This document shows, one piece after another, positions 19,108 to 28,781 of a DNA stretch of 64,000 nt. The translations under genes were made by a program, and so were the position numbers. How positions within the stretch are numbered: position 1 is the stretch's first letter; every line of letters starts with the position of its first letter. This stretch comes from an uncultured Chthoniobacterales bacterium (lineage in GTDB: Bacteria > Verrucomicrobiota > Verrucomicrobiia > Chthoniobacterales > JAATET01): positions 5,049 through 69,048 of the forward strand of contig CAXTSM010000019.1 in the NCBI GenBank assembly GCA_964247025.1. Reading direction: 5' to 3'. The notes beneath the pieces are model-generated. The model did no database searches, was not told where the DNA came from, and saw only the letters and a program-made list of their open reading frames with translations.

Positions 19108-20363
19108 CGCGCCGCGAGATGCTCGCGCAGCGCGCCGCAGGCTTCCAGGGCGGACCAGTAGGCGTCCTCGTGAAAACCGTAGCGAAAATAGCTGCCGCAA
19201 AAATAGATGCGCTGGCGGGGCGAGCGGCGGTTCAGCGAGCCGAGCTCGGTCTGGGCGCGGATCGCGTCGAGCGTGAAGATCGGGTGGTCGTATTCGGTCT
19301 CGTAGACGACGGACGCGGGGTCGACGAGGTCGCGAGAATTCAGCGAGACGAAGTAGTCGCGGCGGGTCGAGACGTTCTGCAGCGCGTTCATCCAGTAGTG
19401 GAGCGTGGCGCGGAAATCCTCGTGGATGCGGTAGTTCCACGACGCCCAGGCGAGGCGGCGGCGCGGCATGAGCGTGGCGTCGGTGTGGAGCGTGGCGTGA
19501 TTCGACTGGTAGGCGAACGAGCCGAGCAGCCGTTGCTGGTCGGCGTCGGGGCGGGCGAGCAGGCGGAGCGCCTGGTCGCCGTGCGCGGCGATGATGACGC
19601 GGTCAAATTCCTCGAAGCCACCGCCCTTCGTGCGCACGGTGACGCCGGTCGGCGTCTCCTCGACGGCGGCGACCGGGTCGGCGAGGCGGACGTCCCCGAG
19701 GCGCTCGAGGATGCGCCGGACGTAGGTCTTCGCGCCGCGGCTGACGGTGAACCACGGATGATGGGTGTCGAGGCCGAGAAAGCCGTGGTTGTGGAAAAAA
19801 CGGATGAGCATCGCGGCGGGAAAATCGAGGATGCCGGCCGGCTGGGAGGACCACACCGCGGCGCTCATCGGCACGAGGTAATGGTCGAGCAGGTCCGCGC
19901 CGAAGCCGTGGCGCCCGGCGAACTGGCGCACGCTCAGGCCGGCGATGGCGGGGTCGTCGAGCGAGGCGTTGGCGACCTTGAAGAAGCGCTGGATCTCGCC
20001 GAGGAAGCGGTGGAAGCGCGGGCGGAGGAGGTTGCGTTTCTGCGCGAAGACCTTGCGCAGGCCCATGCCGTTGTACTCGAGGTTGTCGGGCTCGTGGCGC
20101 ACGCTGAAGGACATTTCGCTCGGCTGCGTGGCCACGCCGAGCTCCTCGAAGAGGCGGCACAGGTTCGGATAGGTGACCCGGTTGAAGACGATGAAGCCGG
20201 TGTCGATCGGGACCTCCACGCCGTTTTCGTCGGCGACGACGGTGTTCGTGTGACCGCCCGCGCGGGCGTCCTGCTCGAAGAGCGTGAGCTTTGCGAAATC
20301 CCGCAGGTTCCAGGCGCAGCCGAGCCCGGACACGCCGGTCCCGATGATGGCGACGCGCTCCAC
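19104..20363 (-). CDS. FAD-dependent oxidoreductase (amine-oxidase / phytoene-desaturase-like)
   Basis: GTG start giving VERVAIIGTGVSGLGCAWNL (Rossmann GxGxxG). Clustered with DUF1365 and CFA-synthase genes. Confidence 0.85.
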   Translation of the reverse strand: MERVAIIGTGVSGLGCAWNLRDFAKLTLFEQDARAGGHTNTVVADENGVEVPIDTGFIVFNRVTYPNLCRLFEELGVATQPSEMSFSVRHEPDNLEYNGMGLRKVFAQKRNLLRPRFHRFLGEIQRFFKVANASLDDPAIAGLSVRQFAGRHGFGADLLDHYLVPMSAAVWSSQPAGILDFPAAMLIRFFHNHGFLGLDTHHPWFTVSRGAKTYVRRILERLGDVRLADPVAAVEETPTGVTVRTKGGGFEEFDRVIIAAHGDQALRLLARPDADQQRLLGSFAYQSNHATLHTDATLMPRRRLAWASWNYRIHEDFRATLHYWMNALQNVSTRRDYFVSLNSRDLVDPASVVYETEYDHPIFTLDAIRAQTELGSLNRRSPRQRIYFCGSYFRYGFHEDAYWSALEACGALREHLAAR

Positions 20364-20368
20364 GGGTC

Positions 20369-21313
20369 CTAGTGCCGGGTGGCGTTCGTCTCGACGTAGG
20401 CGGTCTCGGGCACGGGGCGAAGGTCCCAGACGAGGCCGAGGGATTCCAGCCCGCGGAGGACGTAGAAGCTGATGTCGATCTCCCACCAATAGAAGCCCTG
20501 GCGCGCGGTGGCGGGGAAGTGGTGGTGGTTGTTGTGCCAGCCTTCGCCGAGGGTGACGAGGGCGAGGATGAAGCTGTTGCGGCTTTCGTCGCCGGTCTTG
20601 TAGCGCTGCGTGCCGAGCGTGTGGGCGAAGGAGTTCACCGCGCAGGTGCCGTGAAATAGAAACACGGTGCTGATGAAAAATCCCCAGACGACGAGCTGGC
20701 CGGCGCCGGTCCCGAGGCCGGGGGCAAAGGCGTGGAGCAGCGAGCCGGCGAGCGCGAGCAGCGCGACGAGGAGGAGCGGGCCGATGAGGTCGAAGCGGTT
20801 CAGGAAGACGAGCTCGGGGAATTTCGCGAGATCCTTCACGCGGTTGTAGTCGGTGGGGAAATTCCGGCTGCTGGTGAGCCAGCCGACGTGGGACCAGGCG
20901 AAGCCTTTCCAGCCGGGCGAATGGACGTCCTCGTCGTCGTCGGAGTGCTGGTGGTGATGGCGATGGACGGCGGACCACCAGAGCGGACCGCGTTGCACGG
21001 CGGTGAGACCGAGAAGGGCGAAGACGAATTGGACCGGCCGGGAGGTCTTGAAGGCGCGGTGGCAGAAATAACGATGGTAAAGACCGGTGACGGCGAACAT
21101 GCGGATGAGATACAGCGCGGCGGCGACGGCGACGGCGGTCCCGCTCCAGCCGGTCCAGATCACGCCGAGACAGCCGAGATGCAGGATGAGGAAGGGCACG
21201 GCGCGGCTCCATTCGAAACGCTCGGGCATTTCGCGCACGGTCTCGGCGCCCTGGGGGAAGAAGTCCGAGTCCATGAGCTGCACGAGCCGCCGCAGCGGGC
21301 CGGGACGTCGCAT
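20369..21313 (-). CDS. Acyl-CoA (delta-9-type) fatty-acid desaturase
   Basis: His boxes HRYFCH, HRHHHQH and HNNHHH. Start placed at ATG 21313, just downstream of the parB stop. Confidence 0.85.
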   Translation of the reverse strand: MRRPGPLRRLVQLMDSDFFPQGAETVREMPERFEWSRAVPFLILHLGCLGVIWTGWSGTAVAVAAALYLIRMFAVTGLYHRYFCHRAFKTSRPVQFVFALLGLTAVQRGPLWWSAVHRHHHQHSDDDEDVHSPGWKGFAWSHVGWLTSSRNFPTDYNRVKDLAKFPELVFLNRFDLIGPLLLVALLALAGSLLHAFAPGLGTGAGQLVVWGFFISTVFLFHGTCAVNSFAHTLGTQRYKTGDESRNSFILALVTLGEGWHNNHHHFPATARQGFYWWEIDISFYVLRGLESLGLVWDLRPVPETAYVETNATRH

Positions 21314-21317
21314 GGAA

Positions 21318-22202
21318 TCAGTCGGGGCGGATCCCGAGCTCGTCGAGGATGCGGTGGAGGTCGTCGTTTCCATAATAGTCGATGGTGATGCTGCCTTGCT
21401 TGTCACCGTGTTGGATTACGACGCGGGTGGCCAACCGGTGTTGTAATAAATTCTGGAGGTGCAGGACGGCCGGGGCGGTCGCGGCGGCGTCGCGGGAGCG
21501 TTTTTTGCCGACGGGGCCGGTGGTTTTCGAGAGTTGGGTGGCGGCGAGCTTCTCGGCGGTGCGCACGGAGGCGGACTGGCGGACGATGATGTCGGCGAGC
21601 AGGCGCTGCTCCTCCTTCGACTTGAGCGAGAGCAGGACCTTCGCGTGGCCGACGGAGATGCGGCTCTGGCGCACCATGCCCTGCACGTCGGGATCGAGGT
21701 CGAGCAGGCGCATCGCGTTGGCGACGGAGGCGCGGCTCTTGCCGACGCGGCGGGAAATTTCCTCCTGCGTCTGGCCGAACTCGCGGGACAGGCGCTCGTA
21801 GGCGGCGGCTTCTTCGATCGGGTTCAGGTCCTCGCGCTGAAGGTTCTCGATGAGGGCGAGCTCGAGGACTTCCTGGTCGCTGGCCTTGCGGACGATGGCC
21901 GGCGCTTCGGTGAGGCCGACGACCTGGGAGGCGCGCCAGCGGCGCTCGCCGGCGATGAGCTCGTATTTTTCGCCGGCGCGGCGGACGATGAGCGGCTGGA
22001 TGATGCCGCGTTCGCGGATGGATTCGACGAGTTCGTTGAGCTGGTCGGTGCGGAACTCCGAGCGCGGCTGGTGCGGGCTGGGGATGATGTCGGCGAGCGG
22101 GATGGACTGGATGCGCTCGCCGTCGGCCTCGGCGGGAACGGGCGCGGCAACCCTCGTGTTGATGAGGGCTCCAAGTCCTTTGCCGAGCGCCGGTTTTGCC
22201 AT
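21318..22202 (-). CDS. parB: ParB/Spo0J chromosome-partitioning protein
   Basis: MAKPALGKGLGALI start, ParB box LIAGERRWRA, HTH region QEEISRRVGKSRASVANAMRLL. Confidence 0.9.
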   Translation of the reverse strand: MAKPALGKGLGALINTRVAAPVPAEADGERIQSIPLADIIPSPHQPRSEFRTDQLNELVESIRERGIIQPLIVRRAGEKYELIAGERRWRASQVVGLTEAPAIVRKASDQEVLELALIENLQREDLNPIEEAAAYERLSREFGQTQEEISRRVGKSRASVANAMRLLDLDPDVQGMVRQSRISVGHAKVLLSLKSKEEQRLLADIIVRQSASVRTAEKLAATQLSKTTGPVGKKRSRDAAATAPAVLHLQNLLQHRLATRVVIQHGDKQGSITIDYYGNDDLHRILDELGIRPD

Positions 22203-22275
22203 GGGAGGCCGAGCGTAGGGATCGCTCGTGCGCAAATCAACTTGAACGTCACGGCGAAATTCCGATGGTGGCCGC

Positions 22276-22920
22276 GTGCCCGCGCGCGACGATTTTTTAT
22301 TCCAGGAGGTGGCGCGCTGGGACGTCCCGCCCGGGGCGACCGGGGCGGAGCAGATGGCGCTGGACGAGGTGATGCTGCGCCTCGCGGATCGGCCCACGAT
22401 GCGGATCTATCGCTGGTTGCGGCCCGAGGTGACGTGCGGGTATCCGCAGCGGTGGGCGGAGGCGGAGGCCTTCGCGGCGGGGCGGCCGGTCACGCGGCGG
22501 TGCACCGGCGGCGGGCTGGTGGAGCATGGCGACGACGTAACGGTCGCGCTCGCGGTGCCGGCGCCGCATCCGTTTTCGCGGCTGGCGGCGGGCGAGGCGT
22601 ACCGGCGCATTCACGCGGCCATGGCGGGACGGGAGGGGGGATTGCGGCTGGCGACGGAGGAGGACGAACGTCGCGGGGCGGCGTGCTTCGCAAGCCCGGC
22701 GCGGCATGACGTGATGGACGGGTCGCGCAAGGTGTTGGGCGGGGCGCAGCGGCGGACGCGGGACGGATTTCTGTATCAGGGGAGCTGGCGGGGGACGGGG
22801 GAGGCGGCGGCGGGATTTGCGGCGGCGGTCGCGGATTGGGCGCCGCGGGGATGGGAGGCGTTGCGGGACGAGTTGGTGCGGGAGCGCTATGGGGCGGCCG
22901 CCTGGAACCGGCGGCGGTGA
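22276..22920 (+). CDS. Biotin/lipoate A/B protein ligase family protein (short)
   Basis: 214-aa ORF. TRRCTGGGLVEHGDD and KVLGGAQRRT resemble the LplA/LipB catalytic core. GTG start. Confidence 0.5.
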   Translation: MPARDDFLFQEVARWDVPPGATGAEQMALDEVMLRLADRPTMRIYRWLRPEVTCGYPQRWAEAEAFAAGRPVTRRCTGGGLVEHGDDVTVALAVPAPHPFSRLAAGEAYRRIHAAMAGREGGLRLATEEDERRGAACFASPARHDVMDGSRKVLGGAQRRTRDGFLYQGSWRGTGEAAAGFAAAVADWAPRGWEALRDELVRERYGAAAWNRRR

Positions 22921-22963
22921 GACGGGGGCGGCGACGAAGCGCCGTCCCTCCCGCGGGGGATGT

Positions 22964-23455
22964 CTAGCGCCGCTCGGGGTAGCGGGCGAGCAGCTCGGCG
23001 AGGATTTCCCGGGCGGTGCGGGAGGGCTGGGTCTGCAGGATGGCGGCGCTCTCGTGCGGGCTGCCCCAGCGGAGGATCTCGATCGTGACCTCGCGGGGCG
23101 CGGGGCTGGCGACACCGGGCTTGAAGAGGAGGATGGTGTTCGTGCCGACGACGGTGTCGGTGTAGTCGTCGACCTGGAAAATCTCGCCGGTGGCGAGCAC
23201 GCGGAGCTGGGTGCCGGCCGGCCAGCGGGCCCAATCGGCGGCGGCGCTCGAGATGGGACCGGAGACATAGCGCGAGCCGCAGGCGGTGAGGCTGGCATTC
23301 GCGGGATCGGAGGCGGCGCCGGCGTAGGCGGTGACGGTCACGCCTTTCTGATAGGTCGCGCGGGGCAGGGCTTCTTCGTAAACGGGGCCGCCGGCGCAAC
23401 CGGCGAGGGTGAGCAGGGCGAGGGCAAAGGCAAGGGCGAGGGCGGGAAGGCGCAC
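22964..23455 (-). CDS. Lipoprotein, possibly 3D-domain (MltA-like) containing
   Basis: Lipobox LLTLAGC. The C-terminal WPAGTQLRVLATGEIFQVDDYT resembles 3D domains, but the functional assignment is weak. Confidence 0.6.
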   Translation of the reverse strand: MRLPALALAFALALLTLAGCAGGPVYEEALPRATYQKGVTVTAYAGAASDPANASLTACGSRYVSGPISSAAADWARWPAGTQLRVLATGEIFQVDDYTDTVVGTNTILLFKPGVASPAPREVTIEILRWGSPHESAAILQTQPSRTAREILAELLARYPERR

Positions 23456-23499
23456 GAACGAGGTTCGTAGAAAATTCCGCGCGGCGAGGCGAGAAAATT

Positions 23500-24825
23500 T
23501 CAGCCGGGAATCACGGCGGTGGGCACGAGGATCGCGTCGGACATGCCGTGGAGGAGTTTTTTATCCTGCGGGCAGATGGTGGCGAGGGCGCCGGCGCATT
23601 TGACGCGGCCGTCGCCGGGGAAGAAATACGGGCAGAGGCGCACGCGGCCCTTCATGGCGACGAGGGCGCCGCTTTCCTCGTCAAGCCACGGGTGCTCGAT
23701 CACGCGGGCGCGGTGGAATTGCTGGAGCAGGTGCGGCTGGCGGTCGTAGTCGGCGAGGGCGTCGGCGAGGGCGGCGCGCCATTCGTTCTGGGGGACGTCC
23801 TGGGCGACGACGACGCCGCGGGAGCCCCAGGCGGTCGCGTCGAATCCGCTGACCTTGAGGACAAGCTCGCGCTGCTTCTGGCTGAAGGCGGCGACCTCGT
23901 CCCAGCTCTGCACCTCGAGGCGCGGCAGCACGGCGTGGGGCGGGAGCGGGGCGGGGTCGAGCAGCCAGGTGTAGGGAATGACGCGGCGGAGCGCGGCGAG
24001 GGATTTTTCGCCGAGCTCGCGGCGCCAGAATGCCTCGAGCGGACGCAGCCAGAAGAGGCCGAACCACAGTTTCTCCTCGAGCTGGGGCTTGAAGGGCGGC
24101 GTGACGCGAAGCGAGCCGGCGCGGGCGAGGTCGAGCAGTTGCGGGGCGCAGCGGACGTTCGCGAGGTCGAAGAGCTCGAAGAAACGGTAAACGGTCGCGG
24201 CCCAGTCGGCGCGCGGGGCGTCGTCGACGACGCGCCAGTTTCTCTCGACGGGCCCGCGTTCGTTCAGGCGGGCGGCGAGCCATTCCATCTCGGGGCGGTA
24301 GGTGGCGGCCTCGGCGGAGACGACGATGTCGCCGCCCGGCACGATGGCGGCGAAGCCGTCGAGCATGCCGTCCGCGCCGCCGAGGATGTCCTCGTCGAGC
24401 GAGGCGTATTGGCGGCCGAGCCAGGCGGTGAGGCCGATGCCGCCGGGCACGCTGTCGAGCTCGGCGATGGTGAAGCCGTCCTCGGTGAGCACGAGGTCGG
24501 GGCGAATGACGGCGGGGATCTCGTCGCGGAAGATGCGTTCGCGGGACGCGGCGACGAGGTCGGGGGGCTTGCCACGGTCGAGCCGGTCGGCGATCCAGGC
24601 AGGCTGGCGGCCCTCGGCGCTGAGGCGGTAGAGCTGGTTGCAGGCCCGGAGGAACTGGTGGAGGCGGTAGCCGAGCTGGTCGAGGTCGGCGGCGAATCTC
24701 GCCGTGACCGGGAAGGCGCGGGGCGAGACGCGCCAGGCCTTGTCCGCGAACAATCCGGCCGCGGGCAGGGCGGCGCGCACGCGGCGGGCGCGCCCGAGTT
24801 CGTCCGCGGCGGTCGGGGCGATCAT
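23500..24825 (-). CDS. Uncharacterised 441-aa protein, ATP-grasp / glutathionylspermidine-synthase-like
   Basis: Internal ATG of ORF 23500..26112 (MIAPTAADELG...). VIRPDLVLTEDGFTIAELDSVPGGIGL resembles ATP-grasp-type cores. ATGA overlap with the ruvA stop. Confidence 0.6.
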   Translation of the reverse strand: MIAPTAADELGRARRVRAALPAAGLFADKAWRVSPRAFPVTARFAADLDQLGYRLHQFLRACNQLYRLSAEGRQPAWIADRLDRGKPPDLVAASRERIFRDEIPAVIRPDLVLTEDGFTIAELDSVPGGIGLTAWLGRQYASLDEDILGGADGMLDGFAAIVPGGDIVVSAEAATYRPEMEWLAARLNERGPVERNWRVVDDAPRADWAATVYRFFELFDLANVRCAPQLLDLARAGSLRVTPPFKPQLEEKLWFGLFWLRPLEAFWRRELGEKSLAALRRVIPYTWLLDPAPLPPHAVLPRLEVQSWDEVAAFSQKQRELVLKVSGFDATAWGSRGVVVAQDVPQNEWRAALADALADYDRQPHLLQQFHRARVIEHPWLDEESGALVAMKGRVRLCPYFFPGDGRVKCAGALATICPQDKKLLHGMSDAILVPTAVIPG

Positions 24826-25430
24826 CGGGTAAGGATCTGCAACGCCTGGCGCACGAGGACTTCGCTCTCGGTGGTGGGGCCCTCGGTTTCCAGCGCGCGC
24901 TTCACGGCCCGGTGGGCGTCGACCTGTTTGTATCCGAGGGTGATGAGGGCGAGCACGGCGTCGTGCAGGGCGGTGTCGGCGGGAGTGGGCGCGTGCTTGG
25001 CGCTGGAGGCCTCCCATTCGGCGGCGACGCCGAGTTTGTCCTTCAATTCCAGGACGACGCGCTCGGCGGTTTTTTTGCCGACGCCGCTGATCTTCGAGAG
25101 CGCGACGACGTCGCCGGCCACGACGCAGGCCTGGAAGGTCGCGACGCTCATGCCGCTGAGGACGGCCAGGGCGAGCTTCGGGCCGACGCCGGTGACGTGG
25201 TGGACGAGCAGGCGGTAGAGGTCGCGCTCGGTCCGGGTGCAGAAGCCGATGAGCAGATGCTCGTCCTCGCGGACGACGAGCTGGGTGAGGATGCGGATCT
25301 CCGCGCCGGGGGGCGGCAGGCGGTCGAAGCTGGAGAGCGGAATGGAAACCTGGTAGCCAACGCCGCGGACGTTGACGACTATCTGCGTGGGCAGCGCCTC
25401 CTCCAATTTGCCTTCCAAAAAAGTGATCAT
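24822..25430 (-). CDS. ruvA: Holliday junction branch-migration complex subunit RuvA
   Basis: MITFLEGKLEE...VNVRGVGYQVSIP and HhH motifs (VTGVGPKLA, ISGVGKKTAERV). 202 aa. Confidence 0.9.
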   Translation of the reverse strand: MITFLEGKLEEALPTQIVVNVRGVGYQVSIPLSSFDRLPPPGAEIRILTQLVVREDEHLLIGFCTRTERDLYRLLVHHVTGVGPKLALAVLSGMSVATFQACVVAGDVVALSKISGVGKKTAERVVLELKDKLGVAAEWEASSAKHAPTPADTALHDAVLALITLGYKQVDAHRAVKRALETEGPTTESEVLVRQALQILTR

Positions 25431-26079
25431 TCTTCGACCGCTCACGAGTAGCAGACCGCACCGGAAACACAAACTCCGCGGGTTCCTCGCGGCGGCGTTG
25501 TCCGTCATAGCCGCCGCGGCGCCGGCGCAGACCCCGGCTTCCGCGGCGGCGGCGACGTGGCATCTTTTGATCGAGCCGAGGTTCATGCGGCCGGATTACG
25601 CGTTTCCCATCGCGGGCTCGAAGGACACGATCCTCACCCCGGGGGTCATCAAGGATGGCGAGGCGAAGTATCTGACCCGGGCGGAGGTCGCGCGGTTGAA
25701 GCTGGACCTGGATTCCGTGCGGCGCGTGGCAAGGGCGGCGGCGGGCGCGGAGGCGGCGAAGCTCAAGCCGGAACTCGCGCGCGATTCCCGCGGCGTGGTG
25801 CTCTACGCGACGGTTACGACGGACTCCCCGGCGACGGCGGGCGCGGTGCTGGCGCCGGAGTTCGCGGCGCTGTTCGCCGACACGCTCGGGCCGGACCTGC
25901 TCGTGGCGATTCCCAATCGCTACCGCGTCTACGTTTATCCGGCGCTGGCGAGCGGGTTTCAGGACACCGCGGACCTGGTGCGGCGGGACTACGAGCGGTC
26001 GGCGTATCCGGTGAGCAAGGAGGTGTTCCGGCTGACGCCAAAGGGATTGGAGGCGGTGGGGACCTTCGACCCGGAGTGA
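25423..26079 (+). CDS. Secreted hypothetical protein
   Basis: ORF 25372..26079 frame with the signal-like segment KLRGFLAAALSVIAAAAPAQ. GTG 25423 is assumed as start, so the start is uncertain. Confidence 0.5.
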   Translation: MIILRPLTSSRPHRKHKLRGFLAAALSVIAAAAPAQTPASAAAATWHLLIEPRFMRPDYAFPIAGSKDTILTPGVIKDGEAKYLTRAEVARLKLDLDSVRRVARAAAGAEAAKLKPELARDSRGVVLYATVTTDSPATAGAVLAPEFAALFADTLGPDLLVAIPNRYRVYVYPALASGFQDTADLVRRDYERSAYPVSKEVFRLTPKGLEAVGTFDPE

Positions 26080-26310
26080 GCGGGACGTTGATCTGGGTGG
26101 TTCTTTCTCCATGGGAAGGAACGCAAGCCGCGATTCTGTCGTTGGTTCTTACCTTCAACGAGCAAAGTCGCGTTCTCGTAGCAGGTGCGGGTTGCAGAAT
26201 TCTGGTTTGAGTTCGGGTGAAACCGGTCTTTGATCATCACCTTCAAAACAAACGCTTCGGCTCGTCGAAAAAGCGCCTGTTTCATGGGCCCAGATCGTCT
26301 ACTTCCCTTC

Positions 26311-27675
26311 ATGCACATGTCTTCATCCGCTTTAAAATCGTCCTCGTCGAGATCGGTCCGGGCCTCCCGTTCCTCGTCGGCCGAGTTGAACCGTCTGAAC
26401 GCGGAAGACCGACCGGTGCATGAGTGGTATCGGTTTGTTTTATCCTATCCCCCGCATCTCGTTCGGAACTATCTGGAACGCTTCGAGATCAAGGAGGGCC
26501 AGACGGTTCTCGATCCTTTTTGCGGCACTGGCACGACGGTCGTCGAATGTAAAAAGCAGCGGGTGGCCAGCGTCGGAATCGAGGCGCACCCCCTCTCTTG
26601 TTTCGCCGCGCGCACCAAAGTGACATGGCATGTTCCTTCCGGGTCTCTTGTTTCGTGGGGGGAAAGAATCGCCGAGCGTGCGATGGCTCGCCTCGATATG
26701 GATGGGGTGATCGACGATCCGCAGCGGTCTCTTGTTTTCGACAACGGGGAGCCATTGAGAACCTTGCCGGAAGCTGCTTCAAAACTCCTTCTATCAAATT
26801 CAATCAGTCCGCGCCCCTTGCACAAAGTTCTCGTCTTACGCGAGAGCATTGCGCAGGTCGCCCCGCCGGAGTTAAGAGACCATTTGCTCCTGGCGCTGGC
26901 GCGCGAGTTACCCCTTTCCATCGGGAATCTGCATTTTGGTCCGGAGGTCGGCATTGGTCCGGCCAAAGAAGATGCCCGTGTCGTGGCTCCATGGCTGTCA
27001 CGAGTGCGGCAAATGGCTGATGATCTTCGTTCGGTGCAAGATCGGGCCGAAGTCTCTTGCGAACTGCACCATGCGGATTCTCGACAGGCGATTGGCGCCT
27101 TGGCGCCACAATCCATCGACGCAGTCATTACGTCGCCTCCTTATCCAAATGAAAAGGATTACACTCGCACCACCCGCCTTGAAAGCGTCCTGCTGGGTTT
27201 CATTTCGACGAAGACAGAGCTACGCCTGCTGAAACACGGAATGCTGATGCGCTCCAACACGCGTAACGTATACAAGGGAGATGATGACGACCTGTGGGTA
27301 GCTGACCATCCGGAAGTGCAGCGCGTCGCCATGGCCATCGAAGCTCGGCGGATCGAACTCGGAAAAACCAGCGGTTTCGAAAGGCTCTACGCCAAGGTTA
27401 CGAAGCTGTATTTCGGAGGGATGGCCAAACACTTGGCGGAGCTGCGGCCCGCACTTAGGCCCGGTGCTCGCCTTGCCTATGTCGTCGGAGACCAAGCTTC
27501 TTATCTCCGCGTCATGATTAGAACCGGGCAAATTCTCGCTTCATTGGCTCACGAGCTAGGCTACGAAGTTGAAGGTATCGACCTATTTCGCACCCGATTG
27601 GCCACCGCAACCAAAGAGCAACTCCGCGAGGAAGTCGTCGTTCTTAGATGGCCGGGCAAATCCTCCGGCGCATGA
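26311..27675 (+). CDS. Site-specific DNA methyltransferase (N4-C or N6-A; alpha-type motif order)
   Basis: Motif I VLDPFCGTGTTVVE (~aa 95) precedes motif IV DAVITSPPYPNE (~aa 300). Lies in the AT-richer island. Start is ATG 26311 or 26317. Confidence 0.85.
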   Translation: MHMSSSALKSSSSRSVRASRSSSAELNRLNAEDRPVHEWYRFVLSYPPHLVRNYLERFEIKEGQTVLDPFCGTGTTVVECKKQRVASVGIEAHPLSCFAARTKVTWHVPSGSLVSWGERIAERAMARLDMDGVIDDPQRSLVFDNGEPLRTLPEAASKLLLSNSISPRPLHKVLVLRESIAQVAPPELRDHLLLALARELPLSIGNLHFGPEVGIGPAKEDARVVAPWLSRVRQMADDLRSVQDRAEVSCELHHADSRQAIGALAPQSIDAVITSPPYPNEKDYTRTTRLESVLLGFISTKTELRLLKHGMLMRSNTRNVYKGDDDDLWVADHPEVQRVAMAIEARRIELGKTSGFERLYAKVTKLYFGGMAKHLAELRPALRPGARLAYVVGDQASYLRVMIRTGQILASLAHELGYEVEGIDLFRTRLATATKEQLREEVVVLRWPGKSSGA

Positions 27676-28475
27676 AGAAGAAACCCAATCGTTACACTCG
27701 GCTCGTGGAGGAAATCTTTACCGCCCATTACCGGCCGGGCATGGCGGAACTTTCCTTTAATCGCGAGGAGATCGAAAAGACGGCGAGTTACCTTGGCGTG
27801 AAGCTGCCGAAAAATCTTGGTGATCTTATCTACTCCTTTCGATTTCGGTCGACGATGCCCGAGCGCATCACCAGCACCGCACCCATGGGCAAGGCATGGC
27901 TAATCAAATTGTCAGGTCGAGGCCGCTATCGTTTTGTTCTAGCCGATCAATGGAACGTCGCGCCGAATCCGACGCTTCTTAAAATCAAGGTGCCCGATGC
28001 GACGCCCGGAATCATTGCTCGACATGCTCTTGATGACGAACAGGCGCTTCTCGCGCTTGTTCGTTATAACCGTTTGATCGACATGTTTACCGGTGTCACA
28101 TGTTATTCCCTCCAAAACCATCTGCGCACATCCGTGGAAAACATTGGCCAGATTGAAGTCGACGAACTCTACGTTGGACTCGACCGACGAGGCGCTCATT
28201 ACGTCATGCCCGTTCAGGCAAAAGGCGGCCGCGACAAAATGAGTGTTGTGCAAATCGAGCAAGACATCGCAATGTGTGGCGAAAAATTTCCCCAGTTGAT
28301 CTGTCGACCCATCGGTGCACAGTTTTTGTCCGATGGCGGTATTGCGCTATTTGAATTTGTCGAGACAGAAGATGGGGTGCGGGTGTCCGCCGAACGGCAT
28401 TACGTTTTAGTGTCGCCGGACGATCTCACTAAAGAAGACCTAACGCTTTACCGCACAAGCGGCAAAACGCCGTAA
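27672..28475 (+). CDS. Putative Type II restriction endonuclease (PD-(D/E)XK-like)
   Basis: ATGA overlap with the methyltransferase stop. Candidate catalytic core is IEVDELYVG...VMPVQAKGG (D...QxK). No other family recognised. Confidence 0.55.
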   Translation: MKKKPNRYTRLVEEIFTAHYRPGMAELSFNREEIEKTASYLGVKLPKNLGDLIYSFRFRSTMPERITSTAPMGKAWLIKLSGRGRYRFVLADQWNVAPNPTLLKIKVPDATPGIIARHALDDEQALLALVRYNRLIDMFTGVTCYSLQNHLRTSVENIGQIEVDELYVGLDRRGAHYVMPVQAKGGRDKMSVVQIEQDIAMCGEKFPQLICRPIGAQFLSDGGIALFEFVETEDGVRVSAERHYVLVSPDDLTKEDLTLYRTSGKTP

Positions 28476-28781
28476 GGCCAAGATCAAAGCTGCATCACGA
28501 CGGAAGTGACCGTTCGAATTCACGCGGTTACCTCTAGATTAAAGTTTTAGTGGCTTTAGTGCATTTCGAGAAATACCAATTCGGGTAATCCCGGCCCTAC
28601 CCGAAATCGTCCATCAAGAGCACGATCGTTCCCGGGGCCGGGAAGTTGCGCTGCGTTTCCAGTTCGAGCCTGAAAGAATGCGGACGGCTCCACCGTATTG
28701 AAGGTGCGCGGCGACTACCATTGGACCGCCTCCGGCGCACGCCTCGCCGCGGCCTGCTCGAGGGCACCTTTCCGCGGTAGC

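Noticed and set aside
28476-28781. Gene remnant or att site at the right edge of the R-M island, including the weak direct repeat TTCGGGTGAAACCGG (26212-26226) / TTCGGGTAATCCCGG (28580-28594)
   Set aside because: The repeat is only 12/15 identical and short. No frame gives a recognisable protein, and the local 8-9-bp hairpin (TTCGGGTA/TACCCGAA) lacks a U-tract. This is insufficient to call island boundaries.
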